This document shows, in pieces, positions 22,604 through 35,358 of a stretch of 64,000 bases of DNA. Each line of letters starts with the position of its first letter. Position 1 is the stretch's first letter. The notes beneath the pieces are model-generated. The model saw nothing but the letters and a program-made list of their open reading frames with translations. It was not told where the DNA came from and did not search any database. The translations under genes and the position numbers were made by a program. The DNA comes from Haliotis rufescens (taxonomy: Eukaryota), in the NCBI RefSeq assembly GCF_023055435.1, contig NW_025964372.1, positions 5,766,001 to 5,830,000 of the forward strand. Reading direction: 5' to 3'.

Positions 22604-25600
22604 TTAGTATACTTTACTGGAAAGTCTCTTGGATGTTGCGATTGGTCCAAGAGCGATTGGTGTCTTGGGTTTATCCAATGAATGAAGCTCTTGCATGACT
22701 ACATGTTGTGTGGACATTGGTACCCGAGTGAGCAGCTGGTCAGCATAAAACATGGCCTGAAAAATAGAGTTTCAACTGTAACTTACACATTTATACAGAG
22801 AGTGAGTGTTGGGCTTAATGCCGCTTTGAACAGTATTCCAGTTATATCATAGCGTGTCAGCTTAATGTGGGAGGAAAGCTGAAAGTGACATAGGTCTCAG
22901 ATGTTAACGACTTCGGTGAAACCCATGAGCATGGGTATGGTGCTGACAAACCTAGAAACAAAATCGGAGTGAACTGAGATTCAAACACATGATCCTAGGT
23001 TCCTGGTCTGCCCAAGATGCAACTCTGCACAACGAATTGTGACACCTTAGACGAATGGATCACCTGTGCCCTCTTTTATACAGTGCTTGAAGAGGGTCAG
23101 TTCACCCACAAGTGGGCAAACATAAAAAGAAAATGACCCCCAATGACTTTGATAAAATTCACACAATTTTCTGTTTGATGCAGCGTACAAACGAGTCTAA
23201 TTTCCCAATTGAGATAGAGTTGACATGGTCTTCATCTTCATCTTCCCTCAAATTGACATCATGGTACAGATGCTGGTACTATTACCAAGCGAGTGTTGAG
23301 ATGTCCTAGCCAGTTTTTGATCACTTGCTTCATAAAGGTAAATATGAAAACATACAAGTTTATTGATAACAACTTCTGGTTTATTGAATCTGGAACATTT
23401 CGATGTAGATTCTTACACTGCAGGTTGATCTACATCTTTACTCACCAACTTCTAGAATGCCAGTCAAACAGTTAGTAGATAAGAGAGAAAATGAGTTGTG
23501 TTTTACCCTGCTTTTTGCAATATTCGAGCAATATCACAGCGGGGGACACCGGAAATGGGCTATACACATTGTACCCGAATCAGGAATCGAACTCGGGCAT
23601 TTGGCATGACAAGCGAACGCTTTAACCACTAGGCTTGCCTACCCTTTCGCCCCCAGTTTGATAAAGGAACTAGCATCTGTACCAAAACGTATTTCTTGCA
23701 TTAGAATCTTGGTGCCTGTGATTTTGCAGCAGACACTATCATGATTTTGTCAACATGTAATAGGACATTATCTATATAATTACCAAATTTGAAAAATATC
23801 TCTAGGACAATTTGGATGACAATCAGTTAATGTCCTTGAAAATGAACAGATGAGCCCTGTGGTAAAATTGTTTATCACCTGTCAATCAAGCAACATGATT
23901 GACCAATCAGAAAGTCTGAAGCAATACAAAAAACGTCATTTTGTCTGACAACTTTCAACCTGTACGACTTATACCAAAGTGACAGATGCTTTAAACATAT
24001 ATATGACAATGTCACTCACATCAGTATCTTCGGAAATGTAACATTTTTCATTAGTAGAAGTATGAAGACTTTAAAAAAAATACCCATACATGTTGATGAC
24101 TAATTTGTGTTTCCTTGTGTTTGGGTAGAGGTAAACTCCACTCTGGCGATAGGGTAATTAAGTCAAAGGGGGTATGTGGGGGTGTCTCAAAATAGGAGGA
24201 ATTTATTTTTCTATCCAACATGATATTTTCATTATTTCAATACTGTCGGACTTCCTGTTCTCACCTTGGGGGCGCTGACAGTCTGGATGCCCACAGAGCG
24301 AGTGAGGACCTTCCTGAGGGTGCCGAGTCTGGTGGTGGCCGACAACACCCTCATCTTGTCCAGGTTGGTGGGGATGAGCTGCTTGGGGCGGGGGATGAGC
24401 CCCAGGTCACCCAGGCTGTAGTGAGGCAGTGTACCTCCGGTGTTTGAGATCGGGGACAACGGTAACTGACTGTAAGAGGATACAAACATTCTCTGTAGAT
24501 GCCACAAAGCTGTAGAGGGACTGGATCACTGTGGATGACTGGGATTTGACATGTTCATGCTCTTGTTTGAATACGGGGACAAACGAGGAAAAAAAACAAC
24601 CAACGATACAAGGAAATAGTCACTGGGGGCTAAGTCTGGGCTGTACAGTTAAATCACCCACCCTACAGCCCAGACTTAGCCCCCAGTGACTTTTTCCTGT
24701 TCTGGCAAATGAAATCTGCCCTACTTGGAAGATGCTTCCAGGATGATGAGGACATAAAGGCTGCCACAGAGGCGTGGTTAGAGGGCCAATCTGTGTATGT
24801 CTATAAAAGTGGTATTAAAAGCTTGAAGGACAAATGGAATAAGTGTATTGAGGTGAATGGAGATTATATTGAAAAATAAAAGTGCAAAAGATATTCTGCG
24901 ACTTGGTCTTATATTGAAGTTGCAAAACTTATTGAACGCCCCTCATATGACAAATTATTATTATATACCAGAACTTACCCTCTCCTAATGCCCTTGCCAC
25001 TGCCAGGAATTTTACTTGCACTCCTCTCCATCTCCTCGTACTGCTTGCCCAGTTCCCCGGGGGGTGGGCCGACGCCCACAGCTGCAGCACTGTTGAGGAG
25101 GATGAGCAGCTGCTCCAGCATCCGGTCCCGGCTCTCCATCTCATTCAGAGCATCTTCTTCATCTAGGTCCTCTTCTGCATCAGTTTTCTAGACATCAGGG
25201 AGGGAAATCAGATTTAATGTAATAATTTTGATACAACTGGCAAATTGAAACATATAGTATTAATAAGGGAAGCACAATGATTCAATAATATCAATCACTT
25301 GATTGTCTGGTCCAGACTCTATTTTTTACAGATCGCCATCATATAGCTGGAATATTGCTGAGTGCGGTATTAAACAACAAACAAACACACACAAAAATAA
25401 AAAAGATATCCTTGTACCATGTCCCACATTTCAAACTACAATCATAGCTGAAACAATTGGCTGATTTGACAATGGTAAGAGAGGGATTTTGAATCAAGAC
25501 AATGACTTTTGAAAATACAGTGCGGGTGGGCGTTTTTTTGGCTTGTTCAAACTAGTATATAACCCAATAAACTTTTGTGTATCTGGGAAACAGCCCCTCT

Positions 25601-28600
25601 ACATTAACAAGCATACAAACTCCTAATTGCTGCCATGACAATAAAAAAAAGTTGTGCCGTGAATCAGTGCGCATGTAAAGGGAAGTAACTGTGTGCAATA
25701 TTGGATCGCATTGTTCTTAAGTATTAGGATTTTTTAATTTTTTTAAAAATGGAAATAAAAACGAAACGTGTGGCAGACTTTATGATGATGCGGGCAGTGC
25801 CTTAGAACCAAGACTAATTTTTTTTAGCCTTACATTTGAAATTTTATTTAGAACTGAAAGAATTGTAGATGCAGAGGTTTACTCAGTAGCACCTTCAAAT
25901 CTGTAAACACATATCTATACCAGGACATTGTATAAACAAGAAAGCCATTTTGAGAGCTGGACACAATATCAAAACATACCCTGACAGCCATTTTGAGAGC
26001 TGAACACAATATTAAAACATACCCTGACAACCATCTTGAGAGATGAACACAATATTACAACATACCCTGACAGCCATCTTGAGAGCTGAACACAATATTA
26101 CAACATACCCTGACAGCCATTTTGAGAGCTGAACACAATATTACAGCATACCCTGACAGCCATTTTGAGAGCTGAACACAATATTACAACATACCCTGAC
26201 AGCCATTTTGAGAGCTGAACACAATATTAAAACATACCATGAGAACCATTTTGAGGTCTGAACACAATATTACAACATACCCTGAGAACCATCTTGAGAG
26301 CATAGGCAGTGTCTGCCAGAACTCGGTCAATCTTGGCCTTTTCTTTCCTCTCCTTTTCCAGATGGTATGTGACATCTCGAAGCTGCTCTTCCTGTTGATC
26401 CTTCTCCCCATACAGCTGCTGGTTCTCCTCGCGAGTTGACTCCACCTGTTGACGGAGGAGATCTGCCTCGGCATCACGCTCTCTATACTCCTCCTCTCTT
26501 AGCTCGTACTCTGCTATCATAGCTTCCTGGTTCCGACACTTCTCCGTGAACATCTTGATCATCTGAACACAAACAAAGTTATGACTCGAATATTTCACAC
26601 ATCTATTTATTCTTCTAAAAATAACATTGTTTAATATACCAAGAACAAGTTATGAATAATCTGTCATTAAGTATTCTAGTTCTTTTTTTCCTTTGATATA
26701 AGCCTCAAAAGGCTATTTCCATGTTTTACTGTTGAAAAGGCTGTGTTCGATGTGATCTAGGTAGTGTACAACCCAATCCACACCTTGAGTGTCTTACACC
26801 CCAGCTACTCCCATACATGATACATGGACAGTTTGTACAAAACAGGGCGGTTGGGCAGCCTAGTGGTTAAAGCGTTTGCTTGTCACGCCGAAGACCCAGG
26901 TTTGATTCCCGACATGGGTACAATGTGTGAAGCCCATTTCTGGTGTCCCTGCCGTAATATTGCTGGAATATTGCTGCATAAACCCATACTCACTCACTCT
27001 ATGCCAAAAACTTTAGAGTCAAACAGCCCGAATTAGCTCTTGGCATCATTTAATTTTAGTGCTGTTATATGGACTATTTTTGTACTAGACCAAACAGAAT
27101 TTTACTAGACTCGGGCTTCTGACAAGTGACTTAAGTCGCAGACTGTATGGAGACTGTAGTCCCATGCTATAGACAGGTGGAGAGTGTAGGCTTACCATAA
27201 ATGTACACACAATACAGATTTCAATCATGGAGAAGAAAACACTTCAAACAGAACATTTGTAGGGTGTAGATAATATTGAATTTGGTTGCTTGGCAAAATA
27301 CTTCTAATGTCTTTTGCAAAATGACATGAGTGCCAAAAAACAGTTCATTCAAAACATAACAGATCGCTTTCTGGTACTGAACACAGGGATGATTCCTAAG
27401 TTGCATCAGCCATCAGACAGAACCAAGAAGAGCCTGATGAACCAACGATGCAGCAAGTACCATATCCTGCCTAACATAAGGTGATTAATTGAAAGAAATT
27501 GTTTTCCTGATCTGTCAAAATGAACAATAGCAAAATGAAAATCTAATAAAAAAATAATTCAGATATTGTTTTAATATTGATCTACTGGTATAATTTAAAA
27601 AAATAAAATAATATGCAACATCACTCTAATAAATTTGTGTTGAAAAGAATATTCATTGTGACATGCAAAATACTAATGCAATAGTGAAGTGTTTAATGCA
27701 AACTTTAAAGCTATGTAATCCTTCAACATGACATATCTGGTTGCGCAGTCATTTAGGTGGGAAAATGGCCACATTCATGTGCCTCAAGAGTGCAGTTGAG
27801 ATCTTATTATTTCTTACCACCAACACTGCAAGAAAAAAAATTAAAAGTGTGTAAATCAACTAAACAAATATTTATTGCGGAACCTGTCCAACAAATGATT
27901 CAAACCATGTACCTTTTGACCGCTATGATTTTTCTTCAGTAATTCCTTCTCATTTGTCTCCAGCATCTCAATCTGCTGTTTCTGTTTCTTCTCCCGCTGA
28001 CGGAGTTCATCGTTTTCCTGAATCAGTTCCATGGTTTTGTCTGACATTTTCGCTAACTGTGCGTTGATTGACACATTTTCCCGTATTGTCCTTTTAGTTG
28101 TCTCTGCCATTTGCTTGTTGGAAACTTTTCTAAACTCGGCAGCAACTTGGTTCACTCTCAGAATCATCTCTTTCTTTAACCTGTCAAAGTTCATCATAAA
28201 ATAAAAGAAACACTTATTTCAACGACATCAACTTATCAATGTAAAATCAATGTTTACCCATAACAATAATTTTTTTCAGCTTTCTCTCAAATATATTTCT
28301 GCAAACCTCCAAATCCATAATATGCAAAATTTGAAAAAATACAATGTGGCTCTCACTCAAAGAAAGTGGTGTGGGATGGCAGCTTATATTTTCTAGTGTT
28401 AAAAGAGTATGCTATAGAAAGGGCTTGTATCTAGGTATTTTCATATTTCAGGGTTCACTCTAGGAATTTTCTGACATGGACCCTTTATGTGAAAATTTCA
28501 AATTTTCCAGAGGTAAGCCCATACAGCACAATGTTAAAATGCCCCATTGTATTTGAAAATGTGGGCCTTTTTTCAAATTTAGGGGCTAAAAGCACAAGGC

Positions 28601-31600
28601 CCCACCCCAGAATTATCCCTGATATTCCCTTTCTTAAAACTGACTTAAATGCTCCCATACATGTTCTTTTGTTGATGATAATATTACCCAAAATGCAAAT
28701 TTCATTGCCTTAACTCAGCATAAGTAAGTTTGTGAGTATGGCGTTACATTGCTTTTGGCAATATACCAGCAATATCAAGGACGGGGACACCAGAAATGGG
28801 TTTCACACATTGTACCCATGTGGGTAATTGAACCCATGTCTTCAGTGTGACCGCTTTAACTAGACCGCTTTGTACTAGGCCGGACTGATGCCGATTTATA
28901 GTGCCCGCACAATGAGATACCATGCTGCAGTTACACATGAATACGCCACTCAGACACAGTATACTGACTCCCAGCCGACCAGTCCTTGTCCCTTAATGTC
29001 GAGCGCCTGACAGGGTAACAACAAGTACCATCTTTTAACGTCTTTTGGTATGACGCGGTCGGGGATCGAACCCCGGACCTTCCGCTCTCCGGGTGGACAC
29101 TCTACCACAAGACCACGGAGGCGGTCTTTGAACTGAGAAACCTAGAAACATATCAAGGCCCAAATCTGGGATTCAAACCCACAATCAACAGTTCTTTGCA
29201 CCCCAAAGTGATGAAATCTGCACAGCAAATTGTGCCTTGGATGACAGGACCACCCATTTCCAGGTTCAACTGTATACCAATCACCCCTAGCTGCTGATCA
29301 CTGACCTGTCTTTATCAATGACAGCCTTCTTCTCCAAGGCATAGATGGCCTCCTTGTGATCCTGATCCTTCTTGGCCAGCTCTTCTTCCATCATGGCAAA
29401 CTTGGCCATCAAGTCCTCCTTCTGTACCTTGAACTCCTCCAGAGAAGCTAGCTTGCCACCTACAACAGGGAGAGTGAGTGAGTTGGGTTTAATGCCGCTT
29501 TGAACAGTATTCCAGATATATCAGCGTGTCAGTTTGATGGCAAGGAAGGGCTAACTGATGCAGGTCTCAGACGTTGACCACTTTGGTGAAACCACAAGCA
29601 TGGGTATTGTGCTGTAAACCTAGAAACATAATCAGGGCAAACTGGGATTTGAACCCATGATCATCGATTCTGGTGCGTCCAAGTGATGCAACTCAGCACA
29701 GCGAAATGAGGCACCTTACATGATTGTGGCTACCCGTGACCCTGACAAGGGCGTGAGTGAGTATGCATTTATAGAATTACAAAAGTAATACAGATGACAA
29801 CGACATTCCTTGATGAAAATGCATCAACATGACATCATACAAGAAATGACATTGTCTGTAAGAAATGACAAAAAAAGTCATGACATTACTTTGGGCATAA
29901 TGGATTTTAACAATGGGATCGACATTAATGCCACAGATTACAGCCCTTGGCCCCGTTCCACAAAGCAATCTTAGCGCTAAGACAATCCTAACTCCCATAT
30001 CTTAACATAGACTTATGATAATCTTAGAGCTAAGATCACTTTGTGCAACAGGGCCCTGAAATAGATCTGATTCCTGCATGCTTTCAGTATCGCCAGCATC
30101 ACTTATCCCTTACCTAAGATCATGTTCTCTGATGTCAGCTGATCCTTCATCTCCTGGTACTCATTCCTCAAGGACTGCAGCTGATTCTCGTAGGTTTCCT
30201 TCTCTGCATCTTTGGCTTGTTGCAAACCAATGAAACGATCGTTCAAGTCTGCCAGTTCATCAGCTGAAAAACAATGGTTCAGGTGACAATAACGCCCTTG
30301 AAAATAGTTTAAAAAAATGAATATAAAAAATAAATTGCCTCCAACTTCACATTTAGATTGAGTTAAAATTTTACATCGCGATACATGGCAATACTGCAGC
30401 CATATTGCGATGAGAATAAGTTATTTATCATTAAATATGTCGACAAAGGAGAGTGAAACAGTAAGGTAAGTATCACAGTTAAAGTATAAAACAAACCAGA
30501 TCAATATTAAAACACATCATTTTACAATAGATTATTTAGTATCAATCAAGACTATGCTATAGACTACTAGCAACCAAAGCTAGACCACCTAACTGGGGAT
30601 CATGGTGACTTACAGTGCTTTTGCTTCCTGCATGATTCCCAGCAGGATTAATGCCATCACTTTGGTTACCAGTGGCTGAATGCAATGCTAACCAATATTA
30701 AAAAACAAAGTACACTCAAGAAATTAAAACACTAGTCAATGTTATATACTTCAATGTACCATTGGATGAAATTGTAATAATTAATTTCTTGGGGTGTATG
30801 CATTATTGCTACTGTTTATTGTTGTACAGCTTGTTATAAGATGCAGAAGCTTACACTTTTTCTCCACTTGTTGTTTCCAGAAGGACACGATCTCCCTCTT
30901 ATCCGTGTCCATCTGGTCAAACTTGGCATGGAACTGGGCATTTCCAACTTCAAGCTCATCACACTTTTTCTGATACCTGCAGGGATTAATAAGACAGATT
31001 AGTCTTTGTTTGTTTGTTTGTTTGTTGTTTAATGCCACACACATCAATATTCCAGCTACATGACGACGGTCTGTAAATAATCAAGTCTGGGCCAGACAAT
31101 CCAGTGATTGACATCATGAGCATCAATCCACGCAATTGGGATACGATGACATGCACCAACCAAGTCAGCAAGCCTGATCTCGATCCTGTTAGTCGCTTTT
31201 ATGACAAGCATAGTTGCCTTTGATGGCAAGCATGGGTTGCTGAAGACCAATTCTACCCTGGATCTTCACGAGTAATAGAGATTGGTAGAAGTATTAGGAT
31301 GATGTATCAAGTGAGAGGCTGTTGTTTTATGCCACAGTCAGCAACATGAAAGCAGGGACTTTTCAATCTAGTGACTGAATCCATGCTGAAAGCAAAGGTC
31401 ACATTGGGATACGATCACCTGCCAATCATATTACCATCTTAGTCAGCTCATTTAGATGACCTAAAGGAGAAGGTGTTTTCAGGCCCCTTTTGGCCCATGG
31501 ATAAGCATAATTTAAGAAATGAGGAAACCATTTTAAGTCATTAATACAATTGAAGAGCTTAGAGCTAAAAGGGGCCAAAATGCACTTTGGCCCTTTTTGC

Positions 31601-34600
31601 ATATTATTGCATAAATAAAATCTATGAGTTTTTGTCTACCTGTAGGAAAAATATTGTATGTTTTCATTGATGCGTTTTTGAAATATAGCTACTTAAAATT
31701 ATATAAAAGGGCCAAAGTCAAGTTCCAAAAGGACCAAAGTCACTTTGCTAGATTTTGGCTCTTTTAGTTCTCATTTCCGTGTGTGGTTGAGACTGGTTGT
31801 CTGAGAGAGATTTTGAAAGTTTGGACACCTTATTATTATCTTGGCATTAGTTTGTGGTGGCACAAAGAGAAGGCATTACTGGAAATGGGATTGTGTAACT
31901 CAAGATAAAAGAGGAAAAAGATTTTGAGTAGGCGACGCCAGGTGAAGGGTTCAGTAAAGAAACTGGAAAGATGCATATTTATTGTGGTTGAAGTGGGGAG
32001 CGGAGTGTGTGTTATATTTTTAGGCCTTACAGAAATCATCTTCCCGAGGCAAGAGAGTTAACTGACTTTAAAAGTCCAGTTCCTACCCTTGCCGAACTTG
32101 GCTGGAATTCCTGGGCTCGATTGTAGCGCCACCAGTGGCCATTACGAGTTATGTCCTTTCTATGCCTTTCCTATTGACCAATCAGATTCAACCTCTTGTA
32201 TCACTTGCATTTGCTTCAAACAAAATGGTGGCGCCCAGTCAAGACGATCTGATCGATAATCAAGATCTATATTGTGATAAAACGAGTCTTACATCGCAAA
32301 GTGCATCAAATCACGTGAGCACCTTGATTAAAAACATGAAAAGATTTAGAAAATATCTGTTGACAAAGAGTTAGCGGTGCACATGCTTTGCAAATCCTGC
32401 AGTCGACCAAAATCTGCATGACACATTACGAAACGATTTCGGTGCGCGATTTTGATAGGACTATGCAGAGACTCGTTAGTCCAGTCAAAATGTAACTCCA
32501 TAATACCAGCCTAGTTCAACAAGGGTGGAAACTGGACTTTTATAGTCAGTTAACTCCCTTGCCTCGGGAAGATGTACAGAAATAGAACTGAATCTACTAT
32601 AGATACTGAATAATTCACTCTTTCATTTCCTATCCAATTTTCATATCCTATAGTTTGTCACAAGTGACCAATCCCAACAATGAATTATACATGACAATTA
32701 GTTATTAACGGGACACAAATTGGCACTAGCTCCCTAGCATGAGTCAGTTTGTCTAATGTTTAGGTGGTGTTCTTATAGGGTATCACTATTCTGGCTAGTA
32801 AATCTTTAAGATTACCGTATTCCACGTAATAAGCGCCCCGCTGTAATAAGCGCCCACAGCGATATTTGCTAATATATTGGCTAGTGAAGAATCCCAATTA
32901 GCACCCCTTCCGATTGATCAATGTACACAAGACTTATTTATTCGCGTATAATATGCACTCGTGTGTTATATGCACCCTTAATTATGGGCAATTATATTCT
33001 GGAAAAATATATCTCTCGTATATAAACATTTCAGGCTGTCAGCATAAACCACAAAATTTATCTTTCAACTCTGTTTTTTTTCACCAAAATAATATTCTAA
33101 TAAAAGCCCACTATTTCTAATTTTGAGAGCACCCTAGGCGCTTATTACAACGAATACGGTAAGTTGCATCCCTATTTAAGTACATTGATAACCACTAGAC
33201 CAATGATGACATATAGAGAATCTCACCCGAGTGTCTTTTGATATGAAATATATCAACACGAGTTGATAAAAGTGGAAAAATTCTGAGGCTTGTCGAGGAT
33301 TTTTGCCACTTTTATCAACGAGTGTTGATATATTTGATATCAAAAGACACAAGGGGGAGATTTTATTTATCATCCAACATCATTCTTCCAGCTTTTTCAA
33401 CAGTAATTAGCAGTGTCTTCAGTGTAAAAAAGTACTGCTTACAGCTTCAGTAGCAGAGCCATTAGTGATGTCATTTGATTGTGACGTCATGGTAACCAGT
33501 GGCGTCACAATGGTCTGCAAAGCATTGTGATGTAATTTCATTGCAGCGATATCTACAGTTTAGATATCGCTTGATCTCATCCAAGCGATATCTCCTGTGG
33601 GAGCCGGTTTGGGATGATAAAACCGATTAAGAGAAAAGTTGAATGAAGGACTAAGCTATCACGGTCTTGATGGGGTGTGTTCCACGTCAGTAGTCAGTAA
33701 ACATTTCGGACATCTAGTCAGTAGTCATTATTTTTCAGCTTAGAAAAAAATACCTTGAATAACGGACAAGCTGTCAGGTTGAATATAGTTTTATTTAATT
33801 TATGCTATGCAGCGCTTTATGGACAGTTTACGTTAATCACTGACTTATCTAACTTTTACAATAGTTTTCTTTTACCGTATTCGACTTAATAAACGCCCAG
33901 GGCACTCTCAACATTAGAAATAAGGGGCTCATATTAGAATATTATTTTGGTGAAAAACAACATAGTTGGAAGATCGTAAAATTTGTAGTTTATGCTGAGA
34001 GCTTGAAATGTATATATACGACAGATATATTTTTCAAGAATTTTATTTCCCACAACTAAGGATGCATATAACACACATATTATACAAGAATAAATGAGTC
34101 TTGTGTACATTGATCAATCGGAAGGGGTGCTAATTGGGATTGTTCACTTGCCAATATATTAGCAAATATCGCCGTGGGCACTTATTAGAGCGGGGCACTT
34201 ATTATGTCGAATACGGTAGTTGCTTTATGCTAAGCAGTATTCCCATCAGTATCCTCATCTATCAGTGTACCAGGCAAACTAATGAAGACTTGAAATGACA
34301 ACAGATGAATGAATGTTGTTTTACAGCACTGTATTACAGCTATGTTGTGGAGGGCTGTAAATAATCAAGCCATTACCAGACAAACCAGTGGTTGACAGAA
34401 ATATCAACATTCTTCCGATCAGAACAATGATACAAGGATCAGTAATGTGATCACATGGCAAAATTAACCCTCAACAACTGTAACAAAAACATGGCCTTTC
34501 AAAGCATTATTCAATGTACTTTAAAATATTTCTTTCAATATGTGTTCAACATGTTACAATTTAATTATTTGCATTATAACAGTGTTCAGTCAATCAATAT

Positions 34601-35025
34601 TCATAAATATGACATGTACACTTCTACTGCTAGTCAACTGATGCATGACACTGTTCATGTATTTGGACCTATAGTTGGGAACATATATTAATGTGTCCTG
34701 GTAAAAGCTGTTATTTTGTATTCAAAATATTTGTCAAATAAATCAATACTATAACATAAATGTCAAATTCAGTCAATGCTCTTAAACTCTCTTTGCATTT
34801 TGTCAAATCATTTACAGAATTCTACAATGACATCATTACAGTTGACATGAAAAGTATAGCAAACCTGACGAGTCTGTTCTCAAGATCTCTGATTTGTATC
34901 AGGAAAAATTCTTTGGACAATTCGCTGAGCTGTTCGGTGGAAACTTTGGCTGGAGATCCACGTCCAGACTTCTTTCCACTCTTTTTCCCCTTCTTCTTTC
35001 CGCTCTTCTTCTTCTTGGGCGGCAT
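22604..35025 (-). CDS. CFAP157: Cilia- and flagella-associated protein 157, 567 aa
   Basis: Exons 35025-34865, 30976-30855, 30263-30114, 29459-29306, 28180-27913, 26562-26281, 25187-24979, 24469-24265, 22756-22604, all GT-AG and in phase. MPPKKKK start, KEFFLIQIRDLENRL, QLTSENMILGGKLASLEEFK and [30 protein letters not shown]...ETTKRTIREN match the CFAP157 coiled-coil. The last exon is the least certain. Confidence 0.9.
22799..23071 (-). mobile_element. SINE family D
   Basis: Matches the family D consensus in reverse orientation. Confidence 0.8.
23490..23653 (-). mobile_element. Short tRNA-derived SINE family C
   Basis: Reverse complement of the copy at 54874-55033. Confidence 0.75.
24655..24947 (+). 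mobile_element. 3' fragment of a mariner transposon (transposase C-terminus plus TIR)
   Basis: In-frame HPPYSPDLAPSDFFLFWQMKSALLGRCFQDDEDIKAATEAWL...KWNKCIEVNGDYIEK* (24655-24879), then TIR aacttattgaacgcccctca and TA. Confidence 0.9.
25943..26300 (-). repeat. 43-bp tandem repeat derived from the CFAP157 exon 6 / intron 6 junction, about 8 copies
   Basis: Unit on the minus strand is ctctcaaaatggctgtcagg|gtatgttgtaatattgtgttcag. The first unit overlaps the end of the exon. Confidence 0.92.
26845..27000 (+). mobile_element. SINE family C
   Basis: tRNA head gcctagtggttaaagcg...ggtttgattccc and an (actc)n tail. Confidence 0.8.
28735..29255 (-). mobile_element. Cluster of adjacent SINE pieces (families C, B and D)
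   Basis: Family C at ~28735-28860, family B at ~28870-29125, family D head at ~29135-29255, all on the minus strand. Confidence 0.75.
29472..29742 (-). mobile_element. SINE family D next to the CFAP157 exon 4 acceptor
   Basis: Matches family D. Its (actc)n tail runs into the polypyrimidine tract just before the AG at 29461-29460. Confidence 0.8.
29948..30056. mobile_element. ~105-bp palindromic MITE family F
   Basis: ggccccgttccacaaagcaatcttagcgctaag...cttagagctaagatcactttgtgcaacagggcc. A second copy lies at ~41461-41562. Confidence 0.7.
31006..31273 (-). mobile_element. Retroposon family A
   Basis: Full-length copy in reverse orientation. Confidence 0.88.
32037..32574 (+). mobile_element. 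MITE family E, full length, 9-bp TSD
   Basis: TIRs of about 70 bp and a perfect TSD, tacagaaat, at 32028-32036 and 32575-32583. Confidence 0.93.
32815..33159 (+). mobile_element. Tc1/mariner-type (pogo/Tigger-like) MITE with TA TSD
   Basis: TA|ccgtattc...taataagcgccc ... ggcgcttattac..gaatacgg|TA. Confidence 0.8.
33875..34216 (-). mobile_element. Same TA-TSD MITE family, opposite orientation
   Basis: Reverse complement of 32815-33159 across its length, flanked by TA. Confidence 0.8.
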
Positions 35026-35358
35026 GACTGTTTACTTATGCGTGACAATGAAAATATTGAATTGTCAAACCATCAACGAAAACTATCAGTATATAATTGC
35101 TGACATCTACCACTTAGGATGGACGTTTAAATGTTTACACATCCACATAAATTCTTCTGCCGTCCGCCATATTTGTTGTCATAACCCGTGACGTCACGTC
35201 CATAGAAACGAGTAAATTGTTATATACTTTTTAACAGACATATATTCATACAGTGTATTCAGATAATATCTAACATGAAATACTCCTTAATAATAAAACT
35301 ATACTTAAATACTAAACTCATCGAGAACTTTTGTACACCACATCACGTGATCGTCAAA
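35026..35358. promoter_or_regulatory. Bidirectional promoter between CFAP157 and PIGC
   Basis: Divergent ATGs separated by 333 bp. Palindromic CRE TGACGTCA at 35189-35196, E-box CACGTG near 35344, YY1-like aaaatggc over the PIGC ATG, and weak RFX X-box-like half sites flanking the CRE. Confidence 0.7.
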
